Source: an uncultured Bifidobacteriaceae bacterium
GTDB lineage: Bacteria; Bacteroidota; Bacteroidia; Cytophagales; UBA9547
Reading direction: 5' to 3'
Length of the DNA stretch: 64,000 bases
Assembly (NCBI GenBank): GCA_964565665.1
Contig: CAZMFZ010000001.1
Location: forward strand, 6,668-70,667
The notes below the pieces were generated by a model. The model had not been told where the DNA came from, did no database searches, and saw only the letters and a list, made by a program, of their open reading frames with translations. The translations under genes and the position numbers were made by a program. Below, piece by piece: positions 17,827 to 28,052 of the stretch; position 1 is the first letter of the stretch; the number at the start of each line of letters is the position of its first letter.

Positions 17827-18189
17827 CTACACCGTAGATGTGAGCTTTATCCCTACGATACCCACTATTATCATGCCTAGAAATACAATTTGCCACGCAT
17901 TGAAGGGCTCTTTGTAGAAAAAAATCTCAATCAGTTGAGTTCCAATTAAAGCTATGCCTATAAACACAGCAAATGCAGTAGAGGCAGAGATCGTTTTGAT
18001 AGCTAAAGAATAGAAAAAGGCGTTTCCGATACCAAATAAAATAAAGCCCAGCAAAGGCAGCAAATCAACAAGCTTAGATACTTGAAAATCGACAAACACT
18101 TCCTTTACTTTGCCAAAGTCGAGGTACTTCATGTTGATAATCCAAGCGATTTGGAAAAAGGCAGCGATAAGTACGTAAAGCCAGTTCAT
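17827..18189 (-). CDS. SMR (SugE/EmrE)-like small 4-TM membrane protein
   Basis: 120 aa. MNWLYVLIAAFFQIAWIINMKY and the C-terminal ...FLGMIIVGIVGIKL align by eye to SugE. The position of the essential TM1 Glu reads Gln. Confidence 0.55.
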   Translation of the reverse strand: MNWLYVLIAAFFQIAWIINMKYLDFGKVKEVFVDFQVSKLVDLLPLLGFILFGIGNAFFYSLAIKTISASTAFAVFIGIALIGTQLIEIFFYKEPFNAWQIVFLGMIIVGIVGIKLTSTV

Positions 18190-19144
18190 ATATTGCAGAT
18201 AAAAATTTCTAAAGTATAAAACTTAATCGTGAGCTTTTTAGACTCTTTGAAAAACTAATACATAAATATCGTGCCAACATATTCCATCCTCCAAACTATT
18301 TTCTACACTCAAAAACTTAAGGAATAGCTATCAGCTATATATATGCAATATTCAGATCTATATACAAATCTAAACAGACAGCTTTTTGAATTAAAATGAG
18401 AAATATAATGTAAATATAAGCAAGCACCATATCAGTGAAAATATTTTAGATAAATCCATTTGTTCAGTTTGATATTTTGAACAATTATCTACAACTATTA
18501 AAAGTAAATAAGATATAATGGCATTTATATAGAAAACACCAGTACATCTCTTAACATTTTTTTAAGTATTGTATGCTAATTATAAACATTGTTGCAGATT
18601 TCATAATTTATAAGGCAATAAGTGTGAAGTATTTCGTTAATATTTTAATATATTTCGCATATATCACATTATTTATTAATGTAAGCCATATAATATTTCA
18701 ATATTGTAAATATTATATATATATTTTTATAAATACATATATAATACAAAATTTTATTCTTAATTATTGCATATTTCATAATAACTATGTGAAATATGTG
18801 ATGGATAATGTATACATTTTGATAAATTAGATTAGAATTATAACATATGCAGAAAGTTTGCTTCAAGTTTCAATTATTTACATCAAAAAATTATAAAATT
18901 CTGTAGATAAGAACCGACCAGCATTATATTCACTGTTCTAATATGAATTAAATCGAGGTATTCGTAAATGATATCACCAGATTTGTTGCAGACCTTCACA
19001 GTAATATCTCCACTTATGTAAATTTATAATCCTTTCTTCTTTCAGTTTGCTTCAAAACATTATTTATTGAGGCGTATCTCACGAAATTTGAATATAAAAT
19101 GATAATGTAAATTAATATTTTATGAATTATTGAATTAAAATTGA

Positions 19145-22084
19145 TTAATAACCAAATATTTCTGTCAATGTCAATTGCTTTAGCTTGCCATATTTTGCAA
19201 GTGTTGCGAAATTGAGCTTGTCTTTAGCCCCTATTACTAAAACCTTGCGAACTTTGCTCTTCGCATATTGATTATGGAAGCTTTGCACGGAAGTGTAGTC
19301 TGCTTTTTGCACTTTCTCAAATATATCTATCCTAATATCGGTCGATAATCCCATTTTCATGGCATTTTCATAATTGGCAAGTACAGCAGCCTTTGTGATT
19401 CTATCGGTACGCACGTTGTTTAGTATCGATTCTTTGGCTGTGGCGAACAAAGTTGCCGATTGCGGTATGCTATCTATCAATATACTGATTGCGGCCATGG
19501 CTTCGGGCAATTTATCGGCTTGTGTGCCTATGTAGCTCACATTGTAGTTGCTTAACTCTATGTCTTTCGCTACACTGTAGCGAGAACTGGCTGCATAAGC
19601 CAAAGCTTTCGATTCTCTTATCTCCTGAAACACAAGCGAACCCATGCCTCCACCAAAATACTCATTGTAAAGGGCAGATTGTGGCACAAGCTTGGCATCA
19701 TATTTCACAGATTTGGTGAGAAATAGCATTTCGGCTTGTACCATGTCGTAATCAACCCAATACACTTCATTTTCTGTAAATTCCAGTTCTTTAAATAGCT
19801 TTTTTGCCGGAATTTGTAGCAAATTCTTAGTAGTTTTGTGGTACTTATCAAGGCTACTTAGCAACACCTTGCCATCGAATGGCCCATAGTACAGTATTCG
19901 GTGCTGATACGACAACATTTGCTTGATAATGGCAATAAGTTTGGCCGATGTTATACGTTTCAGTTCGCTTTCACTCAATATATTGGTGAATGGCGACAAC
20001 AAACCATACTTTGCATAGCTTACCATAGCGGCTCTCAAAATAGTTGCTTTGTCGAGCTTGGCATCTGTCCGCTGCTTTAGTATGCCTTCGATCAACCTTT
20101 GCAGAGCCTCATCGTCTGCCTTAGGGTCGGCCAGCAAGCTCTCAAGTAACACGAGTGCTCTGTCGAAATTCTCTGAAAGTCCGCTCAATGCTACGCTCAT
20201 TCTGTCACTTCCTACACTAATATTATAAGTGCAGCCTAATTTGTAAAATTCCGTTTTTATTTGCTCGGGTGTAAGCTTAGACGTGCCAAGGTAATCGAGG
20301 TATGTCATGGCCAAGCCCACTTTTGCATCGTTTTCATTGCCCATGTCGAAGACATAGTTCAATTCAAACAAGCTATTCTCGTCATTCTTCTTATAATTTA
20401 GATCGATATTGCCTTTCAGCTTCAATTTCTGCAAATCTTTAGCATAATCTATGAATACTGGCTCAATATTCGCAGGTTTTGCCTGCATTACTTGCTGTAA
20501 AAACAGTGATTCTTTCTCTCTATTCACCGATACTGGCGTTATTTTAGGTTTAGGCACCTTTTCTATGGTAGTATCTTTGCCTGTAGTTTTGTACACTACC
20601 GCATAGTTGTCGCCATAATATTTATTGGCAAACGCTACCACATTTTGTTTGCTTACTTTGCCCATTTCCTCTAGAGCGGTCAGATAATCGGCCCAATTGA
20701 TGCCCTTTATGAAGGCATCTACTAGCATATCGGCACGAGATTCGTTGCTTTCCATCTGTTTCATCAGGCTTATCTTTTCATTGTTTACAATGGCTTGCAG
20801 CAACTCTGCATCAAACTTGCCTAACTTCACAGAATCGATTTGGGCAAGCACAAGGTTCTTCACTTCATCGAGCGTTTGCCCTTGGCGAGGGTTGGCGAAT
20901 ATAATATTAACGCTATAATCTTTCATGCTATAGGGAAATACAGAGGCGTTTAGCACCTTTTGCTTCTGAATAAGATTCAAATCAAGAACGCCTGCCTTAC
21001 CATTTGAAAGCACCTTGCTAAACATCTCCATAATACGCACATCTTTCGAAGCAGCCCCGGGAAAGCGGTAGCATAATGTTACACTGGCGGGCGATGGCCC
21101 TACAATAGTTTTCGAAATAGGGCTAGATATGGGCATTTCTTGATAAGAATTGAATGCAGGAACAGCCTTTGCCTTCTTTGCTCCCCAATATTTGTCTATA
21201 ATTTTTATAACTTCGTCAGGATTAAAGTCGCCACTCAAGCAAATTGCCATATTGTTTGGCACATAGTAGGTATAGAAATAGTTTTTTATTGCAGTAATGG
21301 AAGGATTTTTCAAGTGTTCTACCGTACCAATAGTGGTTTGTGAGCCGTAGGGGTGATGTGGGAACATGGCAGCGAAGGTAGTCTCTATTACTTTGCTCAT
21401 ATCATTGTCAAGGCCTCTATTTTTCTCTTCATATACAGCCTCAAGCTCAGTGTGGAATAACCTAGGTGTAAGCTCTCCAAAACGTTCGGCCTCTACCTTT
21501 GCCCATCTGTCTATTTCGTTGGCTGGTATGTCGTTTACATACACTGTTTGCTCAACCCAAGTGTATGCATTCGTACCTTGAGCCCCTATGCCCGAAACTA
21601 TTTTGTCGTATTCATTGGCAATGGCGTAAGTTGCGGCCACACCAGAGGTACTATCAATGAGTGCGTAAAGGCGGTTACGCTTTTTCTCATCTTTGGTGTT
21701 TCGATAGGTTTCATATAAAGCTTCGATTTTGTCAAGTTGTGTTTTTTCATTGGCCCAATCGGCTGTACCAAGCTTAGAAGTGCCTTTGAAAACGATATGT
21801 TCGAGGTAGTGGGCTAAACCTGTAAGCGAAGTGGGGTCATTTTTACTTCCGGCTTTCACAGCAATGTAAGTCTGAATACGAGGGGCGTTTTTATATACAC
21901 TCAGAAATACCGAAAGCCCATTTTGCAACTTGTAAATGCGGGTTTTCATAGGGTCGTTACTCACGGTTGTATAGGAATATCCGTTGGAAGCTACCGTTTT
22001 CGGCTGATAAGTTTGGGCAAAAGCATTTGCTATGGCAAGAATGGCAATGAAAAGGCAGGTAATTTTCTTTTTGAATGATAACAT
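19145..22084 (-). CDS. secreted M16 (pitrilysin/insulinase) family zinc peptidase
   Basis: 979 aa with a signal peptide and the inverted zinc motif HYLEHIVFKGT (HxxEH). Two M16 halves. Confidence 0.85.
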   Translation of the reverse strand: MLSFKKKITCLFIAILAIANAFAQTYQPKTVASNGYSYTTVSNDPMKTRIYKLQNGLSVFLSVYKNAPRIQTYIAVKAGSKNDPTSLTGLAHYLEHIVFKGTSKLGTADWANEKTQLDKIEALYETYRNTKDEKKRNRLYALIDSTSGVAATYAIANEYDKIVSGIGAQGTNAYTWVEQTVYVNDIPANEIDRWAKVEAERFGELTPRLFHTELEAVYEEKNRGLDNDMSKVIETTFAAMFPHHPYGSQTTIGTVEHLKNPSITAIKNYFYTYYVPNNMAICLSGDFNPDEVIKIIDKYWGAKKAKAVPAFNSYQEMPISSPISKTIVGPSPASVTLCYRFPGAASKDVRIMEMFSKVLSNGKAGVLDLNLIQKQKVLNASVFPYSMKDYSVNIIFANPRQGQTLDEVKNLVLAQIDSVKLGKFDAELLQAIVNNEKISLMKQMESNESRADMLVDAFIKGINWADYLTALEEMGKVSKQNVVAFANKYYGDNYAVVYKTTGKDTTIEKVPKPKITPVSVNREKESLFLQQVMQAKPANIEPVFIDYAKDLQKLKLKGNIDLNYKKNDENSLFELNYVFDMGNENDAKVGLAMTYLDYLGTSKLTPEQIKTEFYKLGCTYNISVGSDRMSVALSGLSENFDRALVLLESLLADPKADDEALQRLIEGILKQRTDAKLDKATILRAAMVSYAKYGLLSPFTNILSESELKRITSAKLIAIIKQMLSYQHRILYYGPFDGKVLLSSLDKYHKTTKNLLQIPAKKLFKELEFTENEVYWVDYDMVQAEMLFLTKSVKYDAKLVPQSALYNEYFGGGMGSLVFQEIRESKALAYAASSRYSVAKDIELSNYNVSYIGTQADKLPEAMAAISILIDSIPQSATLFATAKESILNNVRTDRITKAAVLANYENAMKMGLSTDIRIDIFEKVQKADYTSVQSFHNQYAKSKVRKVLVIGAKDKLNFATLAKYGKLKQLTLTEIFGY

Positions 22085-22217
22085 GGCGTAAAGTTTAACG
22101 AACTAGCAAATTAACGCATTTGCTTGTGAATATGGAAAGGATAATAGCTTGCCAAGCAAATGGCAGTTTTAATATTATGTATAATTAGCTAGTTTTGTAT
22201 CCAATACCTCATCAAAT

Positions 22218-22622
22218 ATGAACAAGTCAAATGTAGATGAAATGCTTCTTCAAATGATTGCACACAAAGTAAGGGAGACTCAGGAGAAATTCAGCAGAGG
22301 CGAAGCTCTTTCGAGTGCAGATGTAAATACACTTTTATTAAAGTCGCAATACAACAATATCAATCATCTGGATGAAAAACTAAACGATGTAACTGCTGAT
22401 GTAAGCTCGCTAAAGCATAGTTTTGAGATATTAGATACAAAAGTTAATTCTAGATTAGACTTATTTGAGAAGCATTTAGATACTTTCGAAAAAAACATTG
22501 ATTTTAAGATTCAAAAAGCTGTAAACGATAATATGAAATGGAGCATTGGGGTAATTGCTTTGCTTGTGGCGGTATTAAAACTTATAGATGTGATAATGGC
22601 TAAGTTACCTAATTTCTTCTGA
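22218..22622 (+). CDS. hypothetical coiled-coil protein with C-terminal membrane anchor
   Basis: 134 aa with heptad-like repeats (LDEKLNDVTADVSSLKHSFEILDTKVNSRLDLFEKHLDTFEKNIDFKIQ) followed by WSIGVIALLVAVLKLIDVIM. Confidence 0.5.
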   Translation: MNKSNVDEMLLQMIAHKVRETQEKFSRGEALSSADVNTLLLKSQYNNINHLDEKLNDVTADVSSLKHSFEILDTKVNSRLDLFEKHLDTFEKNIDFKIQKAVNDNMKWSIGVIALLVAVLKLIDVIMAKLPNFF

Positions 22623-22650
22623 CACTATTATTTTTAGCCACACGCTTGTT

Positions 22651-23415
22651 TTGTGCCATACAAAACACCCAATAATTAACCACACTTTGATTCACATTCT
22701 CAAAAAAGAACTCAATTCATTTTTCGATTCGCTCATTGCCTACCTGTTTATGGGCGTTTTCTTGGTAGCCATCGGGCTTTTCATGTGGGTATTGCCGGGC
22801 GAAAATGTATTAGATTCGGGCTTTGCCGACATGGAAACCTTATTTTCAAACGCTCCGTTCATATTGATGTTCCTCATTCCTGCCATCACTATGCGAAGCT
22901 TTGCAGAGGAGAAAAAAGCGGGAACTTTAGAATTGCTTTTTACCAAGCCTTTGCGTGATATTGATATCATTTTGGGGAAATTTTTAGCTGGTTTTACCAT
23001 CGCTGTACTTACTATTTTGCCGACTGTAGTGTATTATTTCTCTATTTCACAATTAGGCGACCCCAAGGGAAACTTAGATACTTCAGGAATAATCGGCTCC
23101 TATGTAGGGCTTATATTATTGGCTGGAGTTTTTACATCAATGGGTATTTTAGCTTCCTCACTATCCGACAATCAAATAGTTGCTTTTATTACCGCTATCA
23201 TTCTTTGCTACTTGTTTTATGCAGGGTTTTCAGCTTTGGCAGGGCTGGAAACATTCAAATCGGTTTCGGAAATTATTTTACAAATGGGAATTGCCTATCA
23301 TTACACATCGGTTAGTAGAGGCTTAATTGATTCCAGAGATTTGATTTATTTTTTGAGTATAATGGCGTTTGCCTTGGCCGCCACAAAATTGGTATTGGCT
23401 GCGAGAAAGTGGTAA
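22651..23415 (+). CDS. gldF: gliding-motility-associated ABC transporter permease GldF
   Basis: ILKKELNSFFDSLIAYLFMGVFL..., APFILMFLIPAITMRSFAEEKKAGTLELL..., and YHYTSVSRGLIDSRDLIYF closely follow GldF. There is no ATG; the likely start is the TTG at 22651 or 22687. Confidence 0.85.
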   Translation: MCHTKHPIINHTLIHILKKELNSFFDSLIAYLFMGVFLVAIGLFMWVLPGENVLDSGFADMETLFSNAPFILMFLIPAITMRSFAEEKKAGTLELLFTKPLRDIDIILGKFLAGFTIAVLTILPTVVYYFSISQLGDPKGNLDTSGIIGSYVGLILLAGVFTSMGILASSLSDNQIVAFITAIILCYLFYAGFSALAGLETFKSVSEIILQMGIAYHYTSVSRGLIDSRDLIYFLSIMAFALAATKLVLAARKW

Positions 23416-25182
23416 TTGAGCAATTTTACATGCTATATTTTGAAATTTAAGTTTCCTAAAATTTGGTTAAGATATAAGAATTTATTAGAAGAAAAGCCGT
23501 TGAATTATAACAAAAAACTGTACAATATTATCGATTTTTTGCTCCTAGTGGCTATTTTTATCTTGCTAAATGTAATCAGCTCGCATTATTTTTTTAGGGT
23601 AGATTTGACAGAAGAAAAACGATACACCATTGCCAATGCCAGTAAAAATACATTGCACCAATTGGATGATATTATTTTTGTAGAAATATTTTTAGATGGA
23701 GATTTGCCACCAGGATTCAAACGCCTTCAACGCAGTATTCGGGAAACATTAGATGAATTTAGAATCTTTTCAGGGGCAAATATTCAATACAAATTTACTG
23801 ATCCAACAGCAGAAACCAATGAGCAGCTAAAAGGCAGGTTTATGATGCAATTGGCTCAAAAAGGCGTGCAACCTACCAATATATTTGCCAATGAAAATGG
23901 AAAACAAACTGAAAAAATAGTTTTCCCTGGAGCAGTAATTTCCTTTAAAGGAAGGGAACGAGCCGTGATTTTTCTTAAAGGTTCGGCCGGGGTGAGTCCA
24001 GCTGAAGTACTGAATCAATCGGTGGAAGGCGTGGAATACGAGCTAATTTCGGCCATTAGAAAAATTGCACAACCACAACTAAAACGTATAGGAATTGTGC
24101 AAGGCCATGGCGAGGCTGACGGATTGCAATTGGATGAATTTTACCAAACTCTAAAGGAAAGCTATGCGGTTGATAAAATAAAATTGACTGATATTCAGAA
24201 TGTTACTTCATATTTTGATGTGCTCATTATTTCGCAACCCACTCAATATTTTACCGAATCTGACAAACTTAAAATTGACCAATTCGTGGTAAGGGGCGGA
24301 CGAGCTTTATTGTTTATAGACAAAGCCGAAATAAAAATCGAAAAATTAGGCACAGATGAAAGCCTTGCAGGTATTTATGACCTCAATATTGATGACTTGT
24401 TATTCAAATGGGGTGTGCGTGTGAACAATGATTTGGTGCAAGATTTGCAAAGCGGAGCCATTCCGATAGTAACTGGGATGCTGGGCGATAAGCCCCAAAC
24501 CCAACTGATGCCTTGGCGATTTTATCCGCTTCTTACCCAATTTAGCTCACACCCGATTGTAAAAAATATGGGGGCAGTAATGGGTAAATATATTTCAACA
24601 ATAGACACAGTGAAAGCCTTGGAAATCATAAAAACGCCTTTGGCTTTCACTTCAAAATACCATAAAATACAATCACTACCTGCAAAAATAGAATTGGAAT
24701 CGGCTAGAAAACAGCCTGACCCAGCCGAATTTGGAGGTGAGCCAAAAATAATTGGAATTTTGCTCGAAGGTAAATTCAAGTCATTGTTTAATAATAGACT
24801 TTCGCAGCAAATGCAAGATTCTATTGACTTCAAAGGCCAAGATGCAGATTCTAAAATTATAGTATTTTCCGATGGCGACATGATGAAAAACGAATTGGCA
24901 CCCGATGGAAAGCAAATTTTCCCCATTGGTTTTGACAGGTATATGGGCAAAAAATTCGCCAATAAAGATTTGATAGACAATGCATTAAATTATTTGTGCG
25001 ATGAAAACGGCCTGATGAATGTAAGGCTGAAAGAAGTGAAACTCCGTCCACTTGATAAGCAAAAAATACAAGACGAACGCCAAAAGTGGCAAATCATCAA
25101 TGTGGTAATGCCTGTGTTGCTTGTTATCATTTTTGGAGTGTTGAAATACAATTATCGAAAGAGGAAATACGAAAAGAAATGA
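23416..25182 (+). CDS. gldG: gliding-associated ABC transporter accessory protein GldG
   Basis: N-terminal TM segment followed by FFRVDLTEEKRYTIANASKNTL..., IFLDGDLPPGFKRLQRSIRETLDEF, and a C-terminal TM anchor. It immediately follows gldF. The true start may be downstream of 23416. Confidence 0.85.
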   Translation: MSNFTCYILKFKFPKIWLRYKNLLEEKPLNYNKKLYNIIDFLLLVAIFILLNVISSHYFFRVDLTEEKRYTIANASKNTLHQLDDIIFVEIFLDGDLPPGFKRLQRSIRETLDEFRIFSGANIQYKFTDPTAETNEQLKGRFMMQLAQKGVQPTNIFANENGKQTEKIVFPGAVISFKGRERAVIFLKGSAGVSPAEVLNQSVEGVEYELISAIRKIAQPQLKRIGIVQGHGEADGLQLDEFYQTLKESYAVDKIKLTDIQNVTSYFDVLIISQPTQYFTESDKLKIDQFVVRGGRALLFIDKAEIKIEKLGTDESLAGIYDLNIDDLLFKWGVRVNNDLVQDLQSGAIPIVTGMLGDKPQTQLMPWRFYPLLTQFSSHPIVKNMGAVMGKYISTIDTVKALEIIKTPLAFTSKYHKIQSLPAKIELESARKQPDPAEFGGEPKIIGILLEGKFKSLFNNRLSQQMQDSIDFKGQDADSKIIVFSDGDMMKNELAPDGKQIFPIGFDRYMGKKFANKDLIDNALNYLCDENGLMNVRLKEVKLRPLDKQKIQDERQKWQIINVVMPVLLVIIFGVLKYNYRKRKYEKK

Positions 25183-25219
25183 TGAATGATGAATGTTTTA
25201 AAAAAAAGCCAATTAAAAA

Positions 25220-26167
25220 GTGCCTAAATCAACCAAAATATTATCCATCATAGTCCTTATTCTAGCTATTTATGCTGGTTTTGCTCTATTCAAAGGCGAT
25301 AAAACAGATACTCTTGCTGTAGAAGATGCCCAGTTTGCCATAGCCGATAGCGGTACGGTCACAAAGATTATTCTCAAAACTAATCAAAACCCTGAATTGG
25401 AATTCACAAAGCCATTTGAAAACTGGTTGATAAACAATTCAATTCAGGCTGACGATGAAAAGATGTTCAACCTTATCCAATTTGTATATAAAGCCAGAGT
25501 AAAAAGGCCTGTTTATAAAGAGAAAATAGAAATGAGTGTTAATCAGTTGAAAAGCAAAGGTTTGAAAGTGAATTATATGGGAGAAAAAGGAGTGTTGAAA
25601 AGCTTTTGGCTGGGCTATTTTGGAGGTGTGGAAGACGAACTTGTAGCTATGATGGATGGATTTCAAACACCCTATATTGTGCAATTGCCAGGATTTAGTG
25701 GAAGTTTGGCTCAATTATTCAAACCAGAAATTGAAGCATGGAAAACCAGATTGATTTTTTCATCAAAAATAAGCTACATTGAAAATCTAAAAGTCAGTTT
25801 TAATTATTATCCAAAAAACAGCTTTGAAATTGAGAAAATGGGCAATAAGCATTCGGTACAAGATTTGCCAAAAGCAGATTCGATGCGATTGTACAGCTAT
25901 TTGCAATTATTTGAGCAGGTTGCTATTAAAGAATGGATTGCAAATTTTGCTAAAAAAGACAGTTTGCTTAATCAAAACCCAGCTTTTGAAATCAATTTAA
26001 CTGACAGAAACCCCAAAAAATCTAACAACATCATGATATATTTCGATGACAAACAAAAAGGCAATATATACGGATTGGTAGGCGAAAAGCAGGATTTGTG
26101 CATTATTAAACCTACCATATTTGAATACCTGCTTCAAAAGAGAAGTTTCTTTGAAGGAAAAAAATAA
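25220..26167 (+). CDS. hypothetical membrane-anchored protein (DUF4340-like, follows gldG)
   Basis: N-terminal anchor KILSIIVLILAIYAGFALF. The position after gldG matches where DUF4340 proteins are usually found. The family call is by context only. Confidence 0.4.
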   Translation: MPKSTKILSIIVLILAIYAGFALFKGDKTDTLAVEDAQFAIADSGTVTKIILKTNQNPELEFTKPFENWLINNSIQADDEKMFNLIQFVYKARVKRPVYKEKIEMSVNQLKSKGLKVNYMGEKGVLKSFWLGYFGGVEDELVAMMDGFQTPYIVQLPGFSGSLAQLFKPEIEAWKTRLIFSSKISYIENLKVSFNYYPKNSFEIEKMGNKHSVQDLPKADSMRLYSYLQLFEQVAIKEWIANFAKKDSLLNQNPAFEINLTDRNPKKSNNIMIYFDDKQKGNIYGLVGEKQDLCIIKPTIFEYLLQKRSFFEGKK

Positions 26168-26228
26168 CCTGGTGGCACAACTTTTATCCAAGGTAATTAG
26201 TTGAATTAAAGAACACCCAACTTCCCAA

Positions 26229-26630
26229 ATGGAAAATATTTATTCATCAGAATACTGTGATTTATATTTTGATTATCAACTTAGAGCAATGAAAGTAGTG
26301 TGGACAAGCAAGCAACTTAGAAATGAAGTTTTTAAATCTGTGCTCCAAACATTTGCTGAAAAAGCCATGAAATATAAGCCTAAAACACTTTTTGTAGATG
26401 CGAGACTACATATTTATACAGTGCCTCCTGATATTCAAAAATGGCATGATGAAAATATAATCCCTACCTATATTCAATCTGGAATCAAGAAAATGGCTTT
26501 TGTAACCCCAGAATTTTTATTTTCCGAATTGACAACCAAAAAAATATTTTCTCAGCTCAATGCAAAATTATCTTTGCCAACTCAATTTTTCAAAAGTGAA
26601 TCAGAAGCTCAAAATTGGTTAAATCAATAG
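26229..26630 (+). CDS. hypothetical protein
   Basis: 133-aa ORF with normal composition; no family recognised. Confidence 0.45.
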   Translation: MENIYSSEYCDLYFDYQLRAMKVVWTSKQLRNEVFKSVLQTFAEKAMKYKPKTLFVDARLHIYTVPPDIQKWHDENIIPTYIQSGIKKMAFVTPEFLFSELTTKKIFSQLNAKLSLPTQFFKSESEAQNWLNQ

Positions 26631-26688
26631 TGATCCACTTATCTAATGCTCTGATTATAATAATTACTAACTCTAAAATTCAATACTT

Positions 26689-27897
26689 ATGAACACATTT
26701 CGCTACTTTAATCTCACATTGATATTGTCTACCCTTTTTGCTTTCCAAACCGAAAGAGCAGCCATCTACGATTTACAACTCGAATTGGTAGCCGAAAATT
26801 TGGTTTCGCCAATTGCCCTAGAAAGCCCTAAAGACGGCACTGACAGGAAATTTGTAGTGGAGCAACGCGGCTTGGTTTACATAATTGATGCCAAGGGCAA
26901 GTTGCTGAATACCCCATTTTTAGACATTTCAAAAAAAGTATTAAAACTCACTTCTGGTTATGATGAACGTGGTTTATTAGGTTTGGCATTTCATCCAAAT
27001 TTCAAAGAAAACAAACGATTTTTTGTGTATTACAGTGCAACTGGCGAAACCAACTCAAGTGACCACATTGCTATTTTGGCCGAATACAAAGTAGGTGCTG
27101 CCGACCCAAATAAAGCCAATCCAACTGAAAGAGTGATTATGAGAATAGCCGAACCAGAATGGAATCACAATGGTGGGCAGTTATTATTTGATGCCCAAGG
27201 CAAACTACTTCTAGGGCTGGGCGATGGCGGAAGCGGTGGCGACCCGCATGGCGATCATGGCAATGGGCAAAACCTCAATTCACTGTTAGGGAAAATAATA
27301 AGAATAGATGTAGATGGCAAACCACCATACACCATTCCTGCTGATAATCCTTTTGTAGGAAAAGAAGGGGCTGACGAAATATATGCCTATGGACTTAGAA
27401 ATCCTTGGCGTTTTTCAATTGACAAGCAAACCGGAAGATTATTTTGTGGAGATGTGGGGCAAAATAAATATGAAGAAGTAAATATTATAGAAAAAGGTAA
27501 AAACTACGGCTGGAGGTTAATGGAGGGCTATCATTCATTCAATGAAGATGAAATGAAAACCCTACCAAATAAAGAATTGGTAGATCCAATTACTGAGTAT
27601 GATCACAATATTGGTTCAAGCGTTACGGGAGGCTACGTGTACAGAGGCAAACAATTGAAGAGCTTTATAGGCAAATATCTGTTTGGCGATTGGCGAGGCG
27701 TTCTTTTTAGCCTAGAAGAACAAAGCGATAAAACGTGGAAAAGACAACAGTTGAATGTGGAGTACCCAAAATTTAAAGAGCTCAACATCAATAGCTTTGG
27801 CGAAGATGCCAATGGCGAAATCTACATATTAGCTCAAGATTTAGATGGCCCGTTTCAACTTACTGGCAAAGTTTTTAGATTGAAAGCAGCAAACTAA
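26689..27897 (+). CDS. PQQ-dependent sugar (glucose/sorbosone) dehydrogenase-family beta-propeller
   Basis: Signal peptide; ...RGLLGLAFHPNF..., HNGGQLLFDAQGKLLLGLGDGGSGGDPHG.GQNLNSLLGKIIRIDVD, and YAYGLRNPWRFSID. Confidence 0.85.
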   Translation: MNTFRYFNLTLILSTLFAFQTERAAIYDLQLELVAENLVSPIALESPKDGTDRKFVVEQRGLVYIIDAKGKLLNTPFLDISKKVLKLTSGYDERGLLGLAFHPNFKENKRFFVYYSATGETNSSDHIAILAEYKVGAADPNKANPTERVIMRIAEPEWNHNGGQLLFDAQGKLLLGLGDGGSGGDPHGDHGNGQNLNSLLGKIIRIDVDGKPPYTIPADNPFVGKEGADEIYAYGLRNPWRFSIDKQTGRLFCGDVGQNKYEEVNIIEKGKNYGWRLMEGYHSFNEDEMKTLPNKELVDPITEYDHNIGSSVTGGYVYRGKQLKSFIGKYLFGDWRGVLFSLEEQSDKTWKRQQLNVEYPKFKELNINSFGEDANGEIYILAQDLDGPFQLTGKVFRLKAAN

Positions 27898-28052
27898 TGT
27901 AGATCCATTGCCCACTTGTTTTCATTTTCCACAGTAGAATCTCTAAATCTTTATACATAACTCTTATGGCTTTCTAATTGATTTTCAAATAACTTTGCAA
28001 TAGATGACTATCAACATTATTTTGTAAATTTTCCTACCTAATACTTCTAGAA

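Noticed and set aside
18573-18866. Track ORFs 18573..18830 (+) and 18669..18866 (-) as genes.
   Set aside because: They overlap each other on opposite strands inside the most A+T-rich stretch. They translate to I/Y/N/K/F low-complexity strings, which is typical of chance ORFs in stop-poor A+T-rich frames.
24522-24980. Long antisense or alternate-frame ORFs inside well-supported genes: 24522..24980 in gldG, 48504..48896 in queA, 40318..40671 in the DUF6261-like gene, 30723..31088 and 30970..31338 in the OmpA gene, and the many 60-90-aa entries.
   Set aside because: Each lies wholly within a gene whose product has clear family motifs on the other strand or frame. Their translations have no recognisable motifs and show skewed composition, so they are shadow ORFs.
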